From positions 3,244,409 through 3,308,408 of the forward strand of contig OZ244144.1 of assembly GCA_965216305.1 (NCBI GenBank): a stretch of DNA of 64,000 nt, written 5' to 3'. Both the position numbers and the translations under genes were made by a program. Below the pieces are notes generated by a model. That model was not told the DNA's origin and did no database searches. It saw nothing but the letters and a program-made list of their open reading frames with translations. The DNA comes from Gammaproteobacteria bacterium. Lineage in GTDB: Bacteria > Pseudomonadota > Gammaproteobacteria > Ga0077536. Positions 1 to 10,676 of this stretch are shown here, one piece after another (position 1 is the first letter of the stretch; every line of letters starts with the position of its first letter).

Positions 1-2
1 AA

Positions 3-2567
3 GACGCCTGGCGGCATTTTCTCGCCAAGGGTTCCCCGTCGGAGCTATCGGGGATTATCTCTAAGATTGCCGAGGATCTCGATGCGGATGCATTGTCGAA
101 GGCACAAGCGAAATCCTTGCTATCGAGCGCATTAAAGGCGACAGAGATCCAGGCGATAGCGCAGCTCGAACGCCTGCCCTTCGTCCCGAAACAGGCGGTC
201 GACGCAATCACCGGGACACTCTCCGACCTTCGCGGGAACTCGGTCTCTTCGGTCGCAGCCTTGTTACAGTCCATGGTCCATGCAATCGGCCGCGCGAAAC
301 GTGAATTCAACTCCGTCGATCCCGATCGGCTGGAGGCCGACCTGCTCGAGGTCCTACTGAGTGCCGAGGCCGCGACGAAGAAGCTCCTGGACAACACTAC
401 TGTCGCGTTGAACGATGGCCTTGGTCCGCTCATCGGTGAAGTCGTGGATGCTAATGGTGCCGGCCCGCTCAGTCAGACGATCGCGAAGCTCAAAACAGAA
501 TTTGAACGCTTCTCACGCAGGGTGGAACTCGTCGTCTACGAATCACTACCACCGTTCGCTCTCGCCGAGCCTGACTGGGACGCCCTTGAGGACGATTTGT
601 CGCTCGATCAGTTCAAGACAAAGCTCGAAGCCGTATTCGATAACCTGACCCAAAGCGTCAAGAACGCAATCGGGTGTGCCCTGAGTGATTGGGAACGTCG
701 ACTCGATGATGCACGTACGAAGCTCGAGCGACAATTCGGCGATTTGGAGCAGAAGATTGACGAAGCACTCGCAGATGTCGGTGAGTTCGAGCGCAAAATG
801 CGATCCGTCGTCGACGCTCTCGTCCAGTCTGTAGACGACGAAGTCACGGCGTTCGGCCGGGAGATCATCGAGGGGCTCCCTGGCGACTATTCACTGTTCG
901 AGAAAGCGGTCGACTATATCCGCGGTCGCGATTTCAAAGACATTCTCGACGATGTCGATATCGATGCCCTGCTGGGGAACGGCACTGACGGCATCCTCGA
1001 TTTGCTGGATAAACTCGACCAGGAGATTTCTAAAGCGAATGCCGAGCTCGGACAGGTCAGCGAGCAGGTAGATGAAGCGCTGCAACAAGTCGCGCAAAGA
1101 TTTCGCAAGTTCGGCGATCAACTCGAAACAGCAGTCGCCGAGGAGGTCGGCGATGGCCTCGAAGGGCTCGAAGACGGTGCGCTGGAGCTCGTTCGTGCAC
1201 TTGCCGAAGGGCCGGTGACAGACACGCTGAGGAGCTCGCGTGAATACCTCGGCTATTACTACAACGCCGCCCGTGATCATCTCGACGTAACGAATGCGGC
1301 CGCGATTTTCAATGAACTCGGCGCGGGTATCCTGAATCCCTTATCGACACGATTGCCGTTCGACCGGATCCGTGAGCGGCTCTTGCCGGACCTCGCGAAT
1401 TTCGACGTCAACAAACTCTTTCCGAGTTTTGCGGGGCTACGCCTCGACCATTTGCTGGAAGGACTGACGGTCCCGCCGGATCCGTTGCGTGAGTACGATT
1501 GGATAACGCACAAGCACGGGTTCGACAAAGACCGCCTGAGCGCCTGGTCAGAAATCCGCATCGACAAACGGTTCGACGGCAAGCCCGAATTATTCGAGCT
1601 GCCCCCACTGGCGCTCAACGTCGTCGCGCCCCAGTTCAAGTCTCACAGTCGAATCGAGGCGGGAGCAGGACGCCCGGTTCGCCAGGAAACGCAAGGGCAG
1701 CTGACGGCGGACTGGGTCTTGAGCTTGAGCGGCCAGCCGGTGTTGACCATAGAGGACGGGGGATTGTTCTTCGATGGCGACGGCGATTTCCGCTTCGATT
1801 TCGATATCGACTCGATACAGCTCGCACCCGCCCTACAGTTCGTTACCGATGCGATCCGACAGTTCTTTCCAGAACAGGATGGCCTGACCATAACGCCGGT
1901 CGCGCCGGGGGGAATCAAAACCGAGTTGTCGATCCCGCTCCCCGACGTCGGCACGGGCGCGTTCACGCTGACCGGCATCACGCTGTATTCGCATTTCGAC
2001 CTGACTGTCGTCAACGGATTCGAGGTTGCGACGGGTTTGTGGCTGAGCAAACCGGATCGGCCCTTTGGCCTCGCAATTCTGTTCCTGGGCGGCGGAGGCT
2101 GGTTCGGCGTCGATGCCCGTTACCGCCCGCCAAGAGTATTCGAGACCCGGGTCTCCGTGGGAATTTCAGCCGGCGCCTTTATCGCGATCAATTTCGGCGT
2201 TGTGCACGGATCAGCCGGGATCTTGTTTACCGTCGGTCTCGATTTCTACAAGAACTGGAAAAGTGGCGGCGGCAGCAGCTACGCGATCTCCATCGGTCTG
2301 CTCGTGTGGGGGGGCTTCAGCGTACTCGGGATCGCCTCCGCCTACCTCCGGCTCGGCATGCGGATCGAATATCGCGACGGCAGCATGACCGGCTACGGGT
2401 ACGTTTCCATTACGATCAAAATATCCTGGTGCTTCAAACTGAAAGTCCGTTCTCAAGTGACCATGAAATTTGCAGGTGGCGGGAATCGCGCCGTCGGTGC
2501 GGCGGCCGTAATGCCGCCGCCCATCGACGAAGTCATCGATGCGTACGTCAAAAATCTCGATTGGTGA
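3..2567 (+). CDS. Large uncharacterised protein (at least 854 aa), probably 5'-truncated by the window. It has an acidic helical N-terminal part and a Gly/aromatic-rich hydrophobic C-terminal part.
   Basis: The frame is open from base 3 with no stop before the TTG at 93. The N-terminal two-thirds are rich in Leu/Glu/Asp/Ala (coiled-coil-like). The last ~230 aa contain segments such as LFLGGGGWFGVD, GISAGAFIAINFG, ISIGLLVWGGFSVLGIASAY and GYGYVSITIKISWCFKLKV. No family recognised. Confidence 0.7.
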   Translation, partial: DAWRHFLAKGSPSELSGIISKIAEDLDADALSKAQAKSLLSSALKATEIQAIAQLERLPFVPKQAVDAITGTLSDLRGNSVSSVAALLQSMVHAIGRAKREFNSVDPDRLEADLLEVLLSAEAATKKLLDNTTVALNDGLGPLIGEVVDANGAGPLSQTIAKLKTEFERFSRRVELVVYESLPPFALAEPDWDALEDDLSLDQFKTKLEAVFDNLTQSVKNAIGCALSDWERRLDDARTKLERQFGDLEQKIDEALADVGEFERKMRSVVDALVQSVDDEVTAFGREIIEGLPGDYSLFEKAVDYIRGRDFKDILDDVDIDALLGNGTDGILDLLDKLDQEISKANAELGQVSEQVDEALQQVAQRFRKFGDQLETAVAEEVGDGLEGLEDGALELVRALAEGPVTDTLRSSREYLGYYYNAARDHLDVTNAAAIFNELGAGILNPLSTRLPFDRIRERLLPDLANFDVNKLFPSFAGLRLDHLLEGLTVPPDPLREYDWITHKHGFDKDRLSAWSEIRIDKRFDGKPELFELPPLALNVVAPQFKSHSRIEAGAGRPVRQETQGQLTADWVLSLSGQPVLTIEDGGLFFDGDGDFRFDFDIDSIQLAPALQFVTDAIRQFFPEQDGLTITPVAPGGIKTELSIPLPDVGTGAFTLTGITLYSHFDLTVVNGFEVATGLWLSKPDRPFGLAILFLGGGGWFGVDARYRPPRVFETRVSVGISAGAFIAINFGVVHGSAGILFTVGLDFYKNWKSGGGSSYAISIGLLVWGGFSVLGIASAYLRLGMRIEYRDGSMTGYGYVSITIKISWCFKLKVRSQVTMKFAGGGNRAVGAAAVMPPPIDEVIDAYVKNLDW

Positions 2568-2573
2568 CCCAAG

Positions 2574-5500
2574 ATGCTTCGAGTCGCACTGACCCCTTCA
2601 TTCGTTGGCCCCCGCGGCCAGGCTTCGCTGGAAGCGAACGACAAGCTCTGGTTTGCCTTGCAGATTGGTGGCGGATTCGACGCGGACCCCGCGAACAAGC
2701 TCGCGGCCCTGCCCTATCTCTGGCCGTGGTCTTTGAATGTCCTTTCCGGAGACACCGTGCAGGTGTCGGCCTATTCGATTGCGGAGGACGACGCCGTTAC
2801 CGCAATTAACAGCGCCGAATTGACCCCGTCGTCGATAGCATCGGCAAAGCCCGCGTTTCACGACAAACTTAAACAGGCCATCACAAGAAACTATGAAACT
2901 GCTTCGGTGCTCGAATCGCTGAGCCTCAGGACCTATTTCCCGAGTGAGATACCCGGCATCGGAACGCAAGATGACATCGAGAATGCTCTGCGAAAGAATG
3001 TTCCGTCGCGTCTTGCTTTCCTGTCCACTTTACCGCCCGGACTCGCCGAACCGCTGCTAGCGACCACGTACGTCCAGATCGAAAGGAACGCACTATTCGA
3101 TCGCACAGCCGCGGGGTGGGAGCCGAAGTCGCGCTATCTGTGGCTCGCCCCGGCACGGATAAACGCGGAGGCGGGTCAACTCGATCTCGTCGGCCACCCC
3201 GCGAAGGATCCCGCTCTCGAGATCTGGAAGCAAGCGTACGCCGGTGACGCGGCCGCGTATGGTGCTTTGGTCGACCTGAATGACGTCGCTACGCCCGACG
3301 TCAGACGGAGCTTCGATTTGACGTCGTACTGGCTGCCCGTTTCCCTTGGCGACCATAGGTTCGCAATGGCCGAGGGCTGGGTCGTTGGTATTCTCGATCC
3401 ATTCTCCGAGCTGCGGGAGCTCGACAGCGAAGAATATCGGAGCCGGCTGGCCTTTCAGCACGTTACGACCGGCGCGCAAAGCCGCGGCGTCACCGCAGAC
3501 GAGATTGCGCTGCTACGCAAGCTCTGGTTGGTCGACATGATGCGCTCACGGCTGTCTCGTGCCGCCAAGGACTGGATCGAGAACGTACTGAAAACAGCCC
3601 TCGCTCATCTGGTTTCGCGCGTCAAGGCGAGCCGCACCGGTTTCAATGTCCCCCCCGACAAAGAGTTCGTCGATCTAATTCCCGATCCGCTCGCAGAGGG
3701 CCTCGAATCGGACGACCTGCTGGATAATCTTCGGGGTCTTGCTCGCCTTCTGCGGATTCAGCTCGACAACGATCGTGCGTTGCTGGCAGCAGTCGCGTCC
3801 CAGGCGGGGGAATCGACTATCCTTGATATCCTGCGCAGGGTTTTCTCAAGGATGTTAGATGAGCTGGCGCGAACGACGACGGACAATGCCGCAGAATGGT
3901 CGGTGCTGAACAGCACGTGGGGCACTGGTACCGATGCGCTTGGAGGCACCCAAGCAGAACGCGCCAAGCGGATCGAGGATCGCCAACTTGCTCAGATGCA
4001 TACCGCCTTCGCGCAAATTCTGGACGACGAGGGTCGGGCCCATCTTTCGGCGCTCGCCAAAGCAGACTCTGCCGCGGGGACGATCGCGTGGTTCCGCACA
4101 TATCTCACCGATCAGATCGTGGAACGCTGGCGTGCGCGATTCAGCGATCGCACGATTGTCGACGCACTGCGATCAATCCTGTTAGCGGAGCCGGCCAATG
4201 TCGACCCGGATGCTCCCGGTGAACTCACGCTACCGATTCCGGCCGAAAATATCCTGCAGTTCCACGGCGCACCAGCGCTCGATTCTATTATTGGACGTTA
4301 TGTCGAACCCTTTTTTGAAGCCCGCGTCGGCGGCGCCCCTGATGCCTACGCGAACGGGGACGGAGTGCCAGCCGAGACGGGCGCCGAACCGGTCGATCTG
4401 ATTCTTGGCTCGGCGGATTCACGCCTTATCCACGAAAACGCCGCCACGGCGCCCGAGCTACCGAGTGTCCGCGACGGCGGCGGCGACGTTTTCGAAGATG
4501 TGGTCGGACATCTGTTGCTCGTTCGCCGTGCAAGCGGTTCTCAGGCAGACCTCCAGACCGCTGAGTGGCGATTACCGTCGGCGGGCCTCGCGGCGCTAGA
4601 CCGTATGACAACTCAGCTGTTCGGGCCGAATACGCCACCCGAAACATGGCTGCCCCGCTTGCTGCCGATTCCCGAAGAGAATAATTTCGAGGACGGCGTG
4701 CTGCGCATGGACAGGTCGTACGACGGGCAGCCTCGACAGGTCCAAAACCCCGTAGAGCTTGCATACTGCGGTACAGGCACGGCCGAGAGTGCGTCGCATG
4801 GTGAGGTCTTCGACCAGGCGCCGTTCTATTATCAAGCGCTTGGATTGTTCAAAGGACACGCGGGTCCGCCGAATCTTGCACTCGAGGCCGAGGTATCCGC
4901 AGCACCCGTAATGCGTTACGGGGACTGGTACGAGTTTGCAGCCGCGCTAGTCGACAACGCAGGTGGTCTCGCCCGAGAACTTCGCTCGACCGAGAAGCCG
5001 TGGGAATTCGATCCGACGAGACTGCAAACGGCGTTCGACGTCCCGGATAGCTGCGTGGTCCGGTATCGCAGACGCCGACCGGTCGGTGAGTTGAACGTCC
5101 AGCCGACATCTTCCGGCGGCTGGATCCCAATACCCGATGGCGTTTCACTTCGCGCAACGGAGTGGTGGGCGGCGGTCTACGAGGAGACTGACAATGTAGT
5201 CTCGGCGCTGCTGTTCGCAGGTGAAGCGTTTTCCGCAGAGCGCCCGTCTGTTGAATTCATCGTCAGCGCACCATCGATCGACGAGTTCACGCTGCTGCGA
5301 TGGATCGTCTCCCCGACCGATGCGACTCCGGCCCAAGTCGAGGCGGACAAAATCGACTACAAGGTCGCGATGGGGAACATTCTTGCGGCCAGACGCGCAA
5401 CGTGTGCGCCAGGATCTTCGGATGCGGTGTCGCGACTTGAGGGAAACGAATACAAGGACGCAATGGAACGAGGATTCGTTCACGACCCGGCGGTACAAGC

Positions 5501-7577
5501 AGTCGGCGTCGAGATCGATTTCTTCCGACCGAATGGTCAGCACGCAAGCATCAGGTTGTCAGCAAAGTCGCTGGACGATGTCGATAATCGCGACGATTTG
5601 CCCCACCGCAAAAAGCACTTCGAGTTCAAGGTGTCGTACGCCGCTGGTGGAACCATTCCCACAAAACAGGAACTTGATGCGCTACCCGTTCGTGAGATCA
5701 GATTCGACCTGCCCGGCGGCCACTATTGCCTGATCAGTGTCTACCCGCTGGTGGCGGCGGATGATTACGAGAACCGATTCGCACGAATGCGACCGGAGAC
5801 GTTCTCCGTCGACGCGAATTTGTGGGCCGGATACGTCGCGTTTCCCCCGTCGCGAATTCTTGTGGAGTCTGCTGACGCCACGCTTCCGGACGCCGAAGAT
5901 TGTTACACTGCGCTGCAACTTGCCGTCGAAGCAGAATCGGTCGTCGTAAATTTCGATGAGTCGCGCTTGTCCGATCCGTCGCTATTGCAAATGGTGGATC
6001 GCTTCGTCCTGAACCGGGATCGCTGGGCCTGGCGCAACCGCCCTATTTTTGATGGCGAGGTGGTCCCCCCTGTCGATGAGGCACATCGGCGAAAGCTCGC
6101 CAGCGGTCCGCCCGACGACGCATTCGACGAATCGCTTCGGGACGATAGCGAGGCGGTTCGAAACTGGGAAGAACTCGCAAGCCTAGACCGGGGTTTCGCA
6201 CAGCGACCGCAGATCACCGGCAAGTGGCCTCGGCGACCCGGTACGCCGGACGTTGCCGCCGACGTTGCGCCGGTCACGACAGTATTGCAGACCGACCAAC
6301 GTGACGGTTCTCTGGTCGGCGATTATTTACGTTATGGCCTTGAGCTTCGGTCTCGATACGCGCCGATCCTGCAAGAGAGATATCGGTCGATCACGGCGAA
6401 GAAGCCGATCCGATTCGAGGGACGGTTGTTAGAGGAAACCCGAAAACGGGTCGTCGCACCGTTCCCGCCGACGGCCGATATCGCCCCGCCGAAGATTCTC
6501 GCCGTACTCCCGCTGACACGATCCTTGAGTGATGACCCGATTGCCTGGGTAAATCGTTTCGTGACACCGTTTCTCGTACTTCTCGACGAGACCTGGTTCA
6601 GGCAATACGGCGTCGGCGAGCGATTGGCCGCGCGCTTGTCGCTCGAATCTCCGGATATAGGCGAGGACATCACCGGGGTATTTCCGTATCGCGCGGGCCC
6701 ATTGCCCGATCACCACCTGCCTCCGTCAGCTCCGTATAAGGATCCAGTATCAATTGAGGAGGACGAGAGGAATCCGGTACGGCTTGAGACGTTCGGCCCG
6801 TTCGGATACACGCTGGACGATACTCCCAACGAGGCTTTGGCCAACGCTTCTGCATTCGTCGTCTATCCGCCGCCGGACGATGCCGATCTCAAGCGATACA
6901 TCGACGCGCACTGGGCGTTTTTCGTCAGCTTTCGACGAGTCATCGATTACCCCGGCGTCGACGAGCGAGAAAGCGATGCGTCGGATGTCTACCCGCTTTA
7001 CACCCTTCCGGACGAGGCGACTCTGGTCGTTGCCGAACGAAACGAGCGGGTAGCCCTTGAGCTTTCGCGGCTATCCGACGAAGGGAGGTTCAACGCGACT
7101 CCAACCGGTCTCACCTTCAAGCTGCAACCTGCCGGGATGAAGGCTACGATTCCCGGCACCGAGTCACGGGCCGAGAAGGCGGTTCGCTACGAGCGCCTGC
7201 GTCACTATCGTCATTTTCTGCTCGTGAGTGAACCGATGAAATTCGCGGGCAGGAACAGAACCATCGAAAGACCCGTTGCGCTGCTCCGATTCGATGAATC
7301 CGCAGTCACCGGATCGTTCTCTCTGTCATCGGTAGGACGCGAGCCGGCAGGGGAAGCCCTGGTTGGCAGAGTGATCGAAGTCATGTTGAACGGAAAGTAC
7401 GGGGAGGATGCGCCACTCGATTCGGTCACCTCGATTAAGCAATTCTGGAACAAGATACTAACGCCGATGGCTCCGGAAGATTCTCACGTGCAAGATCGCA
7501 CGAAAATGCACGACGCTTGGGGCATGGTGCGAAGGATCTCCGATTCATTTGACGTCGTATTCGATATTCGAGCGTGA
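2574..7577 (+). CDS. Very large uncharacterised protein (1667 aa), operonic with the preceding gene.
   Basis: An uninterrupted 5 kb ORF starts 7 nt after the upstream stop on the same strand. I saw no Walker A, DEAD/H, methyltransferase or obvious nuclease motifs by eye. Confidence 0.75.
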   Translation: MLRVALTPSFVGPRGQASLEANDKLWFALQIGGGFDADPANKLAALPYLWPWSLNVLSGDTVQVSAYSIAEDDAVTAINSAELTPSSIASAKPAFHDKLKQAITRNYETASVLESLSLRTYFPSEIPGIGTQDDIENALRKNVPSRLAFLSTLPPGLAEPLLATTYVQIERNALFDRTAAGWEPKSRYLWLAPARINAEAGQLDLVGHPAKDPALEIWKQAYAGDAAAYGALVDLNDVATPDVRRSFDLTSYWLPVSLGDHRFAMAEGWVVGILDPFSELRELDSEEYRSRLAFQHVTTGAQSRGVTADEIALLRKLWLVDMMRSRLSRAAKDWIENVLKTALAHLVSRVKASRTGFNVPPDKEFVDLIPDPLAEGLESDDLLDNLRGLARLLRIQLDNDRALLAAVASQAGESTILDILRRVFSRMLDELARTTTDNAAEWSVLNSTWGTGTDALGGTQAERAKRIEDRQLAQMHTAFAQILDDEGRAHLSALAKADSAAGTIAWFRTYLTDQIVERWRARFSDRTIVDALRSILLAEPANVDPDAPGELTLPIPAENILQFHGAPALDSIIGRYVEPFFEARVGGAPDAYANGDGVPAETGAEPVDLILGSADSRLIHENAATAPELPSVRDGGGDVFEDVVGHLLLVRRASGSQADLQTAEWRLPSAGLAALDRMTTQLFGPNTPPETWLPRLLPIPEENNFEDGVLRMDRSYDGQPRQVQNPVELAYCGTGTAESASHGEVFDQAPFYYQALGLFKGHAGPPNLALEAEVSAAPVMRYGDWYEFAAALVDNAGGLARELRSTEKPWEFDPTRLQTAFDVPDSCVVRYRRRRPVGELNVQPTSSGGWIPIPDGVSLRATEWWAAVYEETDNVVSALLFAGEAFSAERPSVEFIVSAPSIDEFTLLRWIVSPTDATPAQVEADKIDYKVAMGNILAARRATCAPGSSDAVSRLEGNEYKDAMERGFVHDPAVQAVGVEIDFFRPNGQHASIRLSAKSLDDVDNRDDLPHRKKHFEFKVSYAAGGTIPTKQELDALPVREIRFDLPGGHYCLISVYPLVAADDYENRFARMRPETFSVDANLWAGYVAFPPSRILVESADATLPDAEDCYTALQLAVEAESVVVNFDESRLSDPSLLQMVDRFVLNRDRWAWRNRPIFDGEVVPPVDEAHRRKLASGPPDDAFDESLRDDSEAVRNWEELASLDRGFAQRPQITGKWPRRPGTPDVAADVAPVTTVLQTDQRDGSLVGDYLRYGLELRSRYAPILQERYRSITAKKPIRFEGRLLEETRKRVVAPFPPTADIAPPKILAVLPLTRSLSDDPIAWVNRFVTPFLVLLDETWFRQYGVGERLAARLSLESPDIGEDITGVFPYRAGPLPDHHLPPSAPYKDPVSIEEDERNPVRLETFGPFGYTLDDTPNEALANASAFVVYPPPDDADLKRYIDAHWAFFVSFRRVIDYPGVDERESDASDVYPLYTLPDEATLVVAERNERVALELSRLSDEGRFNATPTGLTFKLQPAGMKATIPGTESRAEKAVRYERLRHYRHFLLVSEPMKFAGRNRTIERPVALLRFDESAVTGSFSLSSVGREPAGEALVGRVIEVMLNGKYGEDAPLDSVTSIKQFWNKILTPMAPEDSHVQDRTKMHDAWGMVRRISDSFDVVFDIRA

Positions 7578-7720
7578 TCGTGTTCCACTCAAACCATCTG
7601 CACGACTCAAAGGGTTCACTGCGTACATACTTTCCACTATTCGGGGAGACATCTACGACGGTTGCGCCTCGTTCACTAATGAGCAAGCCTTCATCACCAA
7701 GCCGGCTCTTCCGGGCGAGA

Positions 7721-8170
7721 TCACCAACGTGAATCGGCCTTCTCATCGAAACGCCGGAGATAATCCGCACGCTCACGCTCAGGCATCCTGCAGAGCATCT
7801 CGGCGAGGGCGAATTGCAGGCTGGCGTCATCGAATGTTGGCAGGCTCGTAGCGACGTCGTAGCTCGATGCAGTCGCGACATTCAGCCCGTAGCGATCGAG
7901 TACCGGTTCATAGAGCGCCCTCGACTCGGGTAGCGAGAAAGCCACGTCGTGGGGACCATCAGGAAGATGGGAGTTGCGCTTTTGGATAAGCGCTGCGTAT
8001 TCCAGGACGGGCTCCAGACATCCCGTAAACACAGCCCGACCATTGGCGGAGAGACCCTGCCAGTGCCGAATCGCGGCATCCCTTCCGCTCGTAACGTCCT
8101 CTTCCTCGACGTATGGTGTCAGTGTGGGCAGTGCCTCTGTGGTCGATCGGGATAGAGTACACGGCGTCAT
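7721..8170 (-). CDS. Hypothetical protein (149 aa), convergent with the giant-protein operon.
   Basis: Clean ORF with an AGGAG Shine-Dalgarno about 10 nt upstream of the ATG (reverse complement of 8171-8190). No family recognised. Confidence 0.5.
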   Translation of the reverse strand: MTPCTLSRSTTEALPTLTPYVEEEDVTSGRDAAIRHWQGLSANGRAVFTGCLEPVLEYAALIQKRNSHLPDGPHDVAFSLPESRALYEPVLDRYGLNVATASSYDVATSLPTFDDASLQFALAEMLCRMPERERADYLRRFDEKADSRW

Positions 8171-8702
8171 AGGCAGTTGACTCCTAGACTAGAGAGGAGC
8201 CGACGGTCCCCCTATATGAGCAGCAATTATTCTTCGAGTCTGTGGTTTTCTGTTCTGCACGATGCTAGCTGCCCAATTCAACGCAAGCCGGCCGGGGTCA
8301 TGACGTGGTTTACCGCACTCAATGCGGCCACATCGCCCGTTTTCTGCCTTTTTCCTTTTCGTTCTTGGTTCCGACCAGTTCCTCCAATAGGTTTATTCCA
8401 GCCATGACCTCAACGTAGGTCGGGGGCGCTCGAAAATCTTCCAACAGTTTATTCGAATCAGCGTGTGGCATGACGAATGACCACATGTGTATCCCCCGCT
8501 CTTTCGCTCTGCGAGAACCGATTTGAAGAACTTGTGAGGCACCGGCAAATTGATCGGTACCGCGCCCGATCACTGCGCCGGTTTATCGACTCGGACGCCT
8601 GCTGCATTCAAACATTACACTTGGCGACATCATTGCGACGGGCTGTTTCAGACTCCGTCCCTCGGTGTAACTGCGAATTCGTCCCCCACACGGCCCCATT
8701 CC

Positions 8703-10676
8703 TCATGCAGTTTTGCTTTGTGCGTCCTGATCCCACAGCTCACGTTCTAGGTAATCGAGTCGCGTCCTGAACCGTGACAATTTTCCGGACGACGTTCTGA
8801 TCAAAGTATGTAATGGCACCAAATCAATGACGCAATCAATACCGAGTTCTGCCCGAATTTCGCGGTCTACGCGCTCGACAAGATTGAGCCGCTTATTGAC
8901 ATCCGATTCACGAACCTGAATAACGATAACGGCCTGCTCCACTCCACCCGTTCCGGGGACCGAAAACGCGGAAGCATTACCAGGCCGGACTTCCGGCTGC
9001 TGTTCGGCGATGTATTCGATATCCTGTGGCCGTATGTTGCGACCGTTGATGGTAATGAGGTCTTTCTTGCGTCCCGTAATTATGATGTCGCCATCCACAC
9101 AGTAGCCGATGTCGCCGGTATCGAGCCAACCGTCCTTGGACAGCACATCCGGGAGATTATCGCTGTCTCCGAAATAACCGGACATAACGCTCGGACCGCG
9201 GACGAAAACGCTGCCGCAGCACCGCTCTGAGAGTTCATCGCCGTTTTCATCACGGATTACGACCTGATGCCCAGGCAGGGGTTTACCGCAATTTACGAAT
9301 TCGTTGCCGCGCGTGCTTTGTCGTGTCGCGTTACTCTCATCAAGCGGAATAGCGCGCTGTTCCACACTTAAACGCTCGGCGTCGATCCACTCCGACTGCA
9401 ATCCGACACTAAGTGGTGCGAAGCTCACCGCGAGCGTTGATTCGGAGAGTCCATAGAACGAGAGGAACGCGGCTCCGTCGAACCGTGCGGGAGCCAGCGC
9501 CTCGGCGAATTTCAGCAGCGGTTCAGGCCGGATATTTTCCGCGCTGATCCCAGCGACGCGCCATGCGCTGAGATCCAGCATTTCCGTGTCTTCGCGACGC
9601 AAGCGTCGGGCGCACAGCTCGTATCCAAACGGAGGGCCAAATGAAATCGTCGCTTTACTCTCGGACATGCGCACGAGCCACTGCCGGGGCCGCATGGCGA
9701 ATTCTCGCGTACCGAGATAATCGACCGACATCTGCGACACCACCGGTGCGAGCACGAGTCCGACGAGGCCCATGTCGTGGTAGTACGGCAACCAGGACAC
9801 GGCGCGATCATTCGGCTGGATCTGCAGATGTTCGACCGTGCACGAAAGATTACTGAGAACCGCGTTCTGTGTAATCATGACGCCGCGAGGAAAGCGGGTG
9901 CTTCCGGATGTGTAATGAAGATACGCCAGCTCGTCGGCTTGCAGCGGACGCAGGGCGACCGGTACTGCTGGGAAATTCGAAAACGCATCGGCGGAACCGA
10001 TGAACTGGAGATGCAGACCCTCCGAGGCCTCGACAAGAAATTCGCCGTATTCGGTAGGACCGACGCACACTCTGGCCTGCGAATCCAATAGAAGACGTCG
10101 CAGGTGGCCAGTGTACTCATGGCCGCCGCCGAGTTGAAGCGGCGGAGGTACCGGCACCGGCACGAGGCCGGCGTACTGACATGCGAAGAAAAACCGTTGG
10201 AAATTAGGGTGAGTCTCGGCAACGAGTGCAACCCGGTCGCCGCGTTTCAACCCTAGGCCATGGAGTCGGTAGGCAATTTCTAGGGCCTGTTCGCGCAACT
10301 CACGATACGGCAGGACAGCGAACAATTTGCCTGTCCCGGTATAGAAATTGCACCCGGTTTCGCCCTGAGCAGCGTAATCTAAAGCCTCGGAGAGATTGGT
10401 GAATTTAGCTGGGCAAAATGCCAGACTGTGGCCTGTTGGTGTTGGTAGAGGTGATGTATCGGTGACGCTTCGAGCAGCCGCTAACAAATTCACACCCGCT
10501 GGGTTATCAAGCTGGTTAGTTTCTGCCAGAAACTGAAGAAATTCCGCCTCTTTCACGGATTCCGCTTTCACGAGATTGGCTGCATTCTCGCCTGCGGCTG
10601 CAAACCGATTTAGTTTCTCGAAAACCTCGTCGTCAATAACGATCTCCTCAGTTACTTTTTCGTCGGATCTGATCAT
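8703..10676 (-). CDS. Adenylate-forming enzyme, fatty-acyl-AMP ligase (FAAL)/acyl-CoA synthetase-like, with an N-terminal extension of about 90 aa.
   Basis: AMP-binding core motifs are present: YTSGSTRFPRGV (A3-like), FYGLSES (A5-like) and WLDTGDIGY...ITGRKKDLITINGRNIRPQDIE (A7/A8, typical of FAALs). The start ATG overlaps the stop of the upstream gene (ATGA at 10673-10676). Confidence 0.8.
   Translation of the reverse strand: MIRSDEKVTEEIVIDDEVFEKLNRFAAAGENAANLVKAESVKEAEFLQFLAETNQLDNPAGVNLLAAARSVTDTSPLPTPTGHSLAFCPAKFTNLSEALDYAAQGETGCNFYTGTGKLFAVLPYRELREQALEIAYRLHGLGLKRGDRVALVAETHPNFQRFFFACQYAGLVPVPVPPPLQLGGGHEYTGHLRRLLLDSQARVCVGPTEYGEFLVEASEGLHLQFIGSADAFSNFPAVPVALRPLQADELAYLHYTSGSTRFPRGVMITQNAVLSNLSCTVEHLQIQPNDRAVSWLPYYHDMGLVGLVLAPVVSQMSVDYLGTREFAMRPRQWLVRMSESKATISFGPPFGYELCARRLRREDTEMLDLSAWRVAGISAENIRPEPLLKFAEALAPARFDGAAFLSFYGLSESTLAVSFAPLSVGLQSEWIDAERLSVEQRAIPLDESNATRQSTRGNEFVNCGKPLPGHQVVIRDENGDELSERCCGSVFVRGPSVMSGYFGDSDNLPDVLSKDGWLDTGDIGYCVDGDIIITGRKKDLITINGRNIRPQDIEYIAEQQPEVRPGNASAFSVPGTGGVEQAVIVIQVRESDVNKRLNLVERVDREIRAELGIDCVIDLVPLHTLIRTSSGKLSRFRTRLDYLERELWDQDAQSKTA

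Noticed and set aside
1499-2809. A 436-aa ORF in an alternative plus frame spanning the junction of the two giant genes.
   Set aside because: It is extremely Arg/Pro-rich (RRRR runs) and overlaps two better-supported ORFs in a different frame. This is a GC-bias artefact.
3-7577. The giant-protein operon considered as a known large defence system (Druantia/BREX/DISARM-like), a Tc-toxin or a contractile injection system component.
   Set aside because: I could not find helicase, PglZ, methyltransferase or ATPase Walker motifs, nor sheath, tube or baseplate-like neighbours, so naming any of these would be unsupported. It is kept as an open finding instead.
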